A DNA stretch of 32,000 bases. Origin: Desulfocapsa sulfexigens DSM 10523. Lineage in GTDB: Bacteria > Desulfobacterota > Desulfobulbia > Desulfobulbales > Desulfocapsaceae. The notes beneath the pieces were generated by a model. That model made no database searches, was not told where the DNA came from, and was given only the letters and a program-made list of their open reading frames with translations. A program made the position numbers and the translations under genes. The stretch is from NCBI RefSeq assembly GCF_000341395.1, contig NC_020304.1, positions 2,190,001-2,222,000 on the forward strand, written 5' to 3'. Of this stretch, positions 26,130 to 32,000 are shown in pieces (position 1 is the stretch's first letter; every line of letters starts with the position of its first letter).

Positions 26130-29100
26130 TTAATCTACCCATTTCATTTGTAGTCCTTTGATTTCCATGATAATGAAGCCGTTGCTGTCCACGCCGTGTA
26201 CATCCCAGACGGTTCCAGTTGCATCCTCCAGGTTTAATTGTCCATTCAGTAGAAGTTCTTCGCCAGCTCGACAGTTTCTTGTGAATGATACAGAGTCAAT
26301 TGCTGCAGGTATCATTATTCGTGGATCGCCATTGTTCCGGATACTGGTGAAAAAGAAGGTTATTTGCATCAGTGCTTCCAGAAGATAGTGGGGGTACTGG
26401 AAGATGGAGGGAAGAGCCTCTGAAAAGTCATTTACATCAGGGTACAGCATTTTGCCCCGGATGGTGTCATGGTGACATGTGATGATTGAGTCAATCACTT
26501 GATAACGGTTTTTCAGCTGAGAGTAATTCTCGTACAGCTCTGCGATTTTCCCGTGTGAAAGAAGAGGGGGGGCGTTTTCAACTGTGATTTTTTCCCGTTC
26601 CGGAGAAAGTCGGGTCGTGCTGGCGAGAACCTGAGCCATGAAGTAGGTGTCCATGAATGTTTCCTGCGTGTCCGCTGATGATTTTCGGGGGCGTTTGAGC
26701 TCAACATTGCAGGTTTGCAAACTGGAATGGGTTGTTTCTCCCTGACAGAACAGATGTATCTCAGTATTCGTATCTAACGGACACTCAATCATTTGTAATA
26801 ATTTAATATTTTGCAGACCGTTCATCTGCAGATGTGGAAAAAGGATACGGCTGCTCTCCAAAAATGCTTCTACTGCCATTATGGCAGACATGATTGGATG
26901 TCTGAGTAATTTCGAAGGCTTGTGGTCTGCCAGCCACTGGTCTCTGTCTGATGAGAGTGTACGGGTGGCATGAATTGTTTTTGTGCGTAGGTCAAGACGT
27001 GCGATAGAATCAATCATCGGCAGTCTTTCCAAATCAAACCAGTGCGTATTTTGGTCAACAGGATCTGACAGGAGTATTTCTGATTGAAGGACTGCTCTAA
27101 GGGGGACGACCCAACAGTCATCAGCCAGACCACAGAGGAGTTCCCGAAGCATAATTTCTGCTGCTTCATGTACCTCAAGAAAAATATCACCGCCCAGGTT
27201 TTGAACGAGAATATCTTTTATCTCCGGTGTGTCTGCCATACCCGTGCCTTCGATTGGTGGGAGCCAGAATACCTTTGTCTGTACCGACTGGTGGCTGTCC
27301 CTGAAAGTGCGACAGTAGGTAGACATTGCCCGATTGGCTATACAGTAATTAGCCTGACCAATACTGCCGCCTGATGCAGCAATTGAAGAAAGAGCCACGA
27401 CAAAACGTAAGCCCTTGTTCTCAGCAGCCTGAAGAAGATTAATAGCTCCAAAAAGTTTAACATCAAGCACTTCTTTGAACATGGCCGGTTTAATGATTGG
27501 GATATAACTGTCTTTGATAATTCCTGCTCCGTGTATGACACCATCAATTTTTCCATGTTCTTTTACGATGGAATCCATGACTTCAGCAACCTGCACTTTG
27601 TCGCTGACGTCACAGGGAATATACTGAGTTGTTGCTCCCAGTTGTTCGAGTTCTGTAATGGTCTGGAGTACTTCTATGTTGTGCAGGACAGCCTTTCGTT
27701 TTGCTTTTAATTCCCGAGGAGACAGGTTGTCATAAGTTTGTTCAAGGTAACTGGAGATGAATTGCTGCTTTTTACCGGGTTCTGCTGGTACGTCTCCCTG
27801 GGAGAGTGAAGGTTCCAGCGATGTGCGCCCGAGGAGGATGAGTCTGCAGCCGAATGGAGCCAGTGAGCGAGCCAGATACGATGTAACTCCCCTGCCTCCG
27901 CCTGAAATAACAATGACATCATCTTTGGCGAGAGTCAGTGCCGGTTCCTCCGCACCAGAGAGAGTATGTCTGGCAGCTTTGTAGGTGTATAGTTGATGGT
28001 CTTCGATAAGCAGATCAATAAGTGGATTGGATAGATTGAGAGCAGTTCGTAGCAGTTCAGGTATATCGACCTTGCCCCGGAATGCAAGTCTCCGTAAACA
28101 AAGGCCCTTGAATTCTTTGGCCGCTGTGAAGAGAAGGCCAAGGATGGATTGGCCAAGGAGAGAGTCGGTCTCGACTGGACTGTTGTTATGGTGGAGATGA
28201 ATGCAAAATTTCCGTTTGTTTGATTTAAGAAAATGTTGAAAGAGTGCGAAGTAGCTGGTCACTAAAGAGACGATTTCAAGAGGAGACAGGTTTTGTTCAG
28301 CCTGGCTGTCACTGATCAGAACAATGCCTGTCAATGGACCTTCTGCCGAAATCTCTTCTACAACCCGCAGTGTTTCTTCAGAGTTGAAGAAATCTATATA
28401 ACCATCTTGGTGATGATCCTTTTTTATTTGTAAGGAAACTGCCTCACAACGATAACTGTCCCTGAAGGTGTTATTGAGTTGTTGAAGGTTGTTTTCAGCA
28501 TCGAGGGAAAGGAGGAGAATGCGACTGTCAGGGGCAATTTGCAGGCTCGTTTCTTTATTTACAGTGATTTTTTCTTCCTGATAAACAAGCCGATTGATGC
28601 CATACTTTGAGGATGAGACGAAGGTGGGCGTATTATGTGTTGAGGCGGAAATGGATTTGTTTATCGAAACCTTTTGGGCGGGGACTTGGAAATCGTCGCC
28701 TTCCATGAGCTCAGCAACACGATTGGCCAGATCCTGAACAGTTTGTACGGACAGGAAATCTTCCAGGGTTGTAGTTATGTTGAATGTTTTTTCAGCGGCA
28801 TCAACGATAATTGGTATACGACTGGATTTAATGGCCAGGTCATCTCTGACATTCATTTCCGCATCGATTTCATCACGCTCATAGCCAGTGGCATCCATAA
28901 TAATCTGGATGACCTGTTCAAGTACGGCATTATTCTCAGGAACGGGTCCAGCGTTGCCGGCACCAGGCGTATCTGGAACGAGTCCTGGAGTGAAATTTTC
29001 CGGCATATACTCAGCCAAAGCTGCTCGATCGAAGTGTGGGTCAATATTCTGTTGAATGGCTTTTATAATTGCGGGTTTGAGATATCTCTCAGCACCATGA

Positions 29101-31937
29101 AGGGCGTAGGAATACACTTCCTGCTGAATGATATTCAAAACAGCTTCCCTGGATATCGTGAGCTCTTTCTGCTGCAGGGAAAGCGTTGATATTGTAGCTG
29201 GTGTTATGCTCCCATTCACAAAAAGGGATGAAACAGATTGGCGTAGTGCCTGTACCTCGTTTTCCGCTGAACAGCTGCTGATACACTGCACATTTTTTGT
29301 GCATTCATGAATAAGGTTGCAGAGGGTGTCCTGTGGGCCGATTTCAAGGAAGCAGCGACAGCCGAAATCATTCACAAGGCTTAAAACGTTATTCTGCCAG
29401 TGAACGGGGGATTCCAAGTGGGAGACGATTATTTTTTTGATTTCATCTGGGTCATTCGGATAGGGCTGACAAGTTGTATTGGAGATTACTGGAATCTCGG
29501 GAGCCTGCATCCGTATGTCGCCGATGTAGTCACCCAGTTCCTCACGAATTATTCGCATTATAGGTGAATGAAAAGCCATTGAAACAGGCAACTGGACGTT
29601 CCAATGGCCATCGCTGTCAAGTATCTGTTTGAAATTTACCAGTTCTTTAGTCCCACCACCAATAACTGTCTGTCTGGGCGAGTTGAAGTTGGTGAAGAAG
29701 AGATTGGTGTTTTCGGCAATCTTTTGGTTGAGATAGTCTTCCGGTGCGTTAACGGCAAGCATGGAACCGGGATCTACATCCATCTTTGAGGCTTTTGCCA
29801 TGCACTGGGCACGTTTGTTGATAATTTTAAAACCGTCCTCATAGGTGAAACACCCGGCAACACAGAGTGCAGTCAATTCTCCCATGGAGTGACCGGCCAT
29901 GGCTGTTGGCTGTAGTCCGAACTCGTTCAACTGTTTGTAGATGGAGTATTCAAGAAGAAAAAGGGCCGGTTGCTGCCACTCCGTATTTTGAAGTTTACTG
30001 CCATCCTCGTTGAAAAGGAGGTGAAGGATGTCAAAGTCGGCAAGCTCTGCCAAGGTATCCATCCAGTGACGAATAACGGGAAAGGTTTTATACAGCTCTT
30101 TTCCCATTTGTGGATAATGCGTTCCCTGACCGGAAAAAACAAGGCTAAGGGGCAAGCTTCCTGTCTCTTCGGCTACTGTTATGCCAAGCTCTGTCAGTTC
30201 TTTTTTCTGTTTGAATGTCAGTTTTGCCAGATTCTGTTTATAGGGCTCCAGTATTTTTTCGAGGGCAGAGTTCTTATTTTTATTATCAATGGCTCCGATC
30301 CTGAATGTCTGGTTGTTGGATTCTGTTTTGAAGAAGGCAACGCCTACAGATGGTGAAGGGGCAATTGTGTCTGTCAGAATGTGCGGTGCCTGGCTGTTGT
30401 CTCTGGTGCTGTTTTCAACCTGAACTACGTAGTTTGCACCACCAAAGCCGAATGCATTTACCTCAAAACGTCTTGCTCTCTCAAGGGGTTGTGGCCATGG
30501 TTCCGCTTCCTTGCAAACATGGAACCCGGCCTCTTCCAGGCCTATGTCAGGATCTGGTGTATGGTAATTGAGCGTGGGAGGAAAGGTTCCGGCATGCATC
30601 GCGCAAATACCACGAATAAGGCTACTGACTCCAGAAGCTCCCAGTGTATGACCGATTTGAGATTTGAAGGAGGAGAGTACAACAGAGCTGTTGGGCGGGT
30701 AGATTTGTTTGAGAGCATTGACTTCTTCCCGATCTCCCATATGAGTACCTGTTGCGTGGCATTCAACCATGTCGACCTGCTCTGGGCCATAGCCAGCATC
30801 TTCAAAGGAAGTGCTGATGGCAATTTTTTGTGTTTCTGCTACAGATTCAACCATCCCAAGGTGATTGTTGCTGGCTCCTACACCGGTAATATAGGCAAGG
30901 ATTGGAGCACCCCTTTTCCGGGCAACGGATTCACGCTCCAAAACAATCATTCCGCCTCCCTCACCAAGAACCATACCACTGCGTTCGCTGTCGAAAGGAC
31001 GGGAATAGGCAGATGGGGATTCGTTGCTATAGCCTTTTCCCGCCAAAGCTCCCAGGGCGGAAAATTCAAGAAATGATCCTTGGCTGAGCAATTCTTCACC
31101 ACCGCCAATGATGGCTGCATCCAGAACCCCAGTCCGCATTAAATGAACAGCATTATAAAGTGCCGTGAGGCTTGAGGCGCAGGCAGAGGTGACAGAGAAA
31201 CTCGGACCATTAAATCCGTATTTGTTACAGATAAAGCCCGCTGCCGCGCAATTGAGACGGCCCAGGAGTGTCGTGTCATCTATTTCAAGATGACCAGTCC
31301 TGATAGTCTGTTCCAGCGAATCACTCTGGTCCGGGGAGAGATCGCACGATTGTCGGATAGTATCAGCAATTGTTTTGGCTGCCGTATATATGGTAAGGTC
31401 TGCAGTGGTGGAGCCAAATTCGCCGGCATTTTGTGAGACGAGTACTCCTATACGGTGGCGGGGGATATCAGAATCCAAAAGCGTTGAGTCGTGAATTGCT
31501 TTGTAGGCAAGCCACAGTGTAAGTTTTGTGGAGGCGGTCATGGTCCGGAAATCATGGGGTGGAATACCCAGTTCTTTTCGCGCAATGTTAAGGGATAAAA
31601 AAGCGCCTACCTTACAGTATGTTTTACCTTTGGTGCTGGAATTTTCTTTAAAAATATCCCTGTGATCCCATTTTTCAGCAGGTATTTCGCTGATGCCGCT
31701 TTTTTTTGCCAGACATGCCTGCCAGATTTCTTCTGGACTGTTACCCAGGGAATTTGCAGCGGCCATTCCAGTGATGGCAATACGCTCCCTGACGTTTTTT
31801 CTATTGCTGGACGGTAGTGATGTTTCCTGTGCGGAAGAATTCTGCAATATTGCTTTGAATTGATTTTCTGCCAATAATTGGTGGATTTTTGCAACGGGGA
31901 GGATCTCCTGCAGATCTCCGGCGATTGAGCCACTCAT
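26130..31937 (-). CDS. type I polyketide/fatty-acid-type synthase, single module KS-AT-ACP-KR-DH (PfaA-like order)
   Basis: 1935-aa ORF with AGGAAGGA 6-8 nt upstream of the ATG at 31937. The domain motifs are listed in the sub-features. The reading frame stays open upstream to the window edge, and 31938-32000 has no stop in any minus-strand frame. An upstream gene may therefore abut or overlap, or the true start may be further upstream. Confidence 0.95.
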   Translation of the reverse strand: MSGSIAGDLQEILPVAKIHQLLAENQFKAILQNSSAQETSLPSSNRKNVRERIAITGMAAANSLGNSPEEIWQACLAKKSGISEIPAEKWDHRDIFKENSSTKGKTYCKVGAFLSLNIARKELGIPPHDFRTMTASTKLTLWLAYKAIHDSTLLDSDIPRHRIGVLVSQNAGEFGSTTADLTIYTAAKTIADTIRQSCDLSPDQSDSLEQTIRTGHLEIDDTTLLGRLNCAAAGFICNKYGFNGPSFSVTSACASSLTALYNAVHLMRTGVLDAAIIGGGEELLSQGSFLEFSALGALAGKGYSNESPSAYSRPFDSERSGMVLGEGGGMIVLERESVARKRGAPILAYITGVGASNNHLGMVESVAETQKIAISTSFEDAGYGPEQVDMVECHATGTHMGDREEVNALKQIYPPNSSVVLSSFKSQIGHTLGASGVSSLIRGICAMHAGTFPPTLNYHTPDPDIGLEEAGFHVCKEAEPWPQPLERARRFEVNAFGFGGANYVVQVENSTRDNSQAPHILTDTIAPSPSVGVAFFKTESNNQTFRIGAIDNKNKNSALEKILEPYKQNLAKLTFKQKKELTELGITVAEETGSLPLSLVFSGQGTHYPQMGKELYKTFPVIRHWMDTLAELADFDILHLLFNEDGSKLQNTEWQQPALFLLEYSIYKQLNEFGLQPTAMAGHSMGELTALCVAGCFTYEDGFKIINKRAQCMAKASKMDVDPGSMLAVNAPEDYLNQKIAENTNLFFTNFNSPRQTVIGGGTKELVNFKQILDSDGHWNVQLPVSMAFHSPIMRIIREELGDYIGDIRMQAPEIPVISNTTCQPYPNDPDEIKKIIVSHLESPVHWQNNVLSLVNDFGCRCFLEIGPQDTLCNLIHECTKNVQCISSCSAENEVQALRQSVSSLFVNGSITPATISTLSLQQKELTISREAVLNIIQQEVYSYALHGAERYLKPAIIKAIQQNIDPHFDRAALAEYMPENFTPGLVPDTPGAGNAGPVPENNAVLEQVIQIIMDATGYERDEIDAEMNVRDDLAIKSSRIPIIVDAAEKTFNITTTLEDFLSVQTVQDLANRVAELMEGDDFQVPAQKVSINKSISASTHNTPTFVSSSKYGINRLVYQEEKITVNKETSLQIAPDSRILLLSLDAENNLQQLNNTFRDSYRCEAVSLQIKKDHHQDGYIDFFNSEETLRVVEEISAEGPLTGIVLISDSQAEQNLSPLEIVSLVTSYFALFQHFLKSNKRKFCIHLHHNNSPVETDSLLGQSILGLLFTAAKEFKGLCLRRLAFRGKVDIPELLRTALNLSNPLIDLLIEDHQLYTYKAARHTLSGAEEPALTLAKDDVIVISGGGRGVTSYLARSLAPFGCRLILLGRTSLEPSLSQGDVPAEPGKKQQFISSYLEQTYDNLSPRELKAKRKAVLHNIEVLQTITELEQLGATTQYIPCDVSDKVQVAEVMDSIVKEHGKIDGVIHGAGIIKDSYIPIIKPAMFKEVLDVKLFGAINLLQAAENKGLRFVVALSSIAASGGSIGQANYCIANRAMSTYCRTFRDSHQSVQTKVFWLPPIEGTGMADTPEIKDILVQNLGGDIFLEVHEAAEIMLRELLCGLADDCWVVPLRAVLQSEILLSDPVDQNTHWFDLERLPMIDSIARLDLRTKTIHATRTLSSDRDQWLADHKPSKLLRHPIMSAIMAVEAFLESSRILFPHLQMNGLQNIKLLQMIECPLDTNTEIHLFCQGETTHSSLQTCNVELKRPRKSSADTQETFMDTYFMAQVLASTTRLSPEREKITVENAPPLLSHGKIAELYENYSQLKNRYQVIDSIITCHHDTIRGKMLYPDVNDFSEALPSIFQYPHYLLEALMQITFFFTSIRNNGDPRIMIPAAIDSVSFTRNCRAGEELLLNGQLNLEDATGTVWDVHGVDSNGFIIMEIKGLQMKWVD
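26133..27020 (-). other. PKS-type dehydratase (double hot-dog) domain
   Basis: LADHKPSKLLRHP is an HxxxGxxxxP-type motif with Lys in the Gly position (His1672, codon 26922-26924). YPHYLLEALMQ corresponds to the DxxxQ motif with Glu in place of Asp. The domain runs to the C-terminus, which leaves no room for a TE or PPTase domain. Confidence 0.65.
27243..27932 (-). other. PKS ketoreductase catalytic subdomain
   Basis: The Rossmann motif is VIVISGGGRGVTSYLARSLA. HGAGIIKDSY keeps the Asp of the LDD-type (B-type) position. The catalytic residues lie in SSIAASGGSIGQANYCIANRA (Tyr1531, codon 27345-27347). A KR structural subdomain probably occupies aa ~1110-1335. Confidence 0.8.
28704..28937 (-). 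other. single acyl carrier protein domain with non-canonical attachment motif
   Basis: DDLAIKSSRIPIIV aligns with the DLGIDSIKRVEI / LGxDSL motif. The predicted phosphopantetheine Ser is Ser1038 (codon 28824-28826). It is preceded by Lys instead of the usual Asp. Confidence 0.6.
29313..30152 (-). other. PKS acyltransferase domain (malonyl-type motifs)
   Basis: FSGQGTHYPQMG; GHSMGE (Ser684, codon 29886-29888); and MAFHS, which corresponds to the HAFH-type malonyl-specificity motif rather than YASH. Confidence 0.85.
30417..31787 (-). other. PKS ketosynthase domain
   Basis: RIAITGMAAANSLG. The active-site Cys is in VTSACASSL (Cys253, codon 31179-31181). The His motifs are ECHATGTHMGD and KSQIGHTLGASG. 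The C-H-H triad is complete. Confidence 0.9.
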
Positions 31938-32000
31938 ATACTGTCCTTCCTGGTAGCAAACATCTGGGGAAAGAGGGTGGCCGCTTTTTGGGTGCTGGTT

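Noticed and set aside
30381-31076. long antisense ORFs inside the PKS gene (231 aa at 30381-31076; 171 aa at 28674-29189), and similar antisense or overlapping ORFs elsewhere (e.g. 15140-15532, 8789-9175, 880-1194)
   Set aside because: They lie opposite to or overlapping strongly supported CDS and have no recognisable motifs. They are the usual by-product of codon bias in long genes.
26130-31937. enediyne-type PKSE interpretation (same KS-AT-ACP-KR-DH order and a similar ~1.9-kaa length)
   Set aside because: PKSE carries a C-terminal PPTase domain. Here the DH His motif is at aa 1672 and the hot-dog region fills the remaining ~260 aa, which leaves no room. No enediyne cassette genes (E3/E4/E5/E10-like thioesterase) lie downstream.

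Overview
32-kb bacterial chromosomal window with dense coding. I read 27 apparently intact CDS and one decayed gene. By eye I see no rRNA, tRNA, CRISPR array, transposase or integrase. The genes form four strand blocks.
(1) 291-7422 (+): a regulatory module followed by a transport-like cassette. The regulatory part is a receiver-less PAS/sigma-54 activator, a NifX-like protein, a dCache histidine kinase, a stand-alone receiver and a HisKA protein with a degenerate ATPase domain. The cassette is two paralogous DUF1538 membrane proteins, a PII-like protein and a CBS-pair protein. It has no assigned function that I know of.
(2) 7438-15586 (+ then -): envelope or glycolipid tailoring genes. These are a UPF0104 flippase-like protein, a PaaK/CapK-like adenylating enzyme, a B12-binding radical SAM enzyme, an SGNH hydrolase, an FAD oxidoreductase and a GtrB/ArnC-like GT2.
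(3) 15870-19380 (+): a visibly more AT-rich segment. It holds an acyltransferase-3, a frameshifted UbiA-family prenyltransferase pseudogene and a polytopic GT-C-like membrane protein.
(4) 19544-31937 (-): a 12.4-kb tightly packed operon headed by a 1935-aa single-module type I PKS with PfaA-like domain order (KS-AT-ACP-KR-DH). Downstream are a GNAT-like protein, a GT21-like GT2, an SDR epimerase-like protein, a membrane-anchored ASST-like protein, two small membrane proteins and a PAPS-type sulfotransferase.
The two best candidates for undescribed biology are the DUF1538/PII-like/CBS cassette with its unusual phosphorelay, and the PKS operon, which I infer makes a sulfated glycolipid. All family assignments come from motif recognition without database searches. 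The gene content suggests a Desulfobacterota-like anaerobe, which is inference only.
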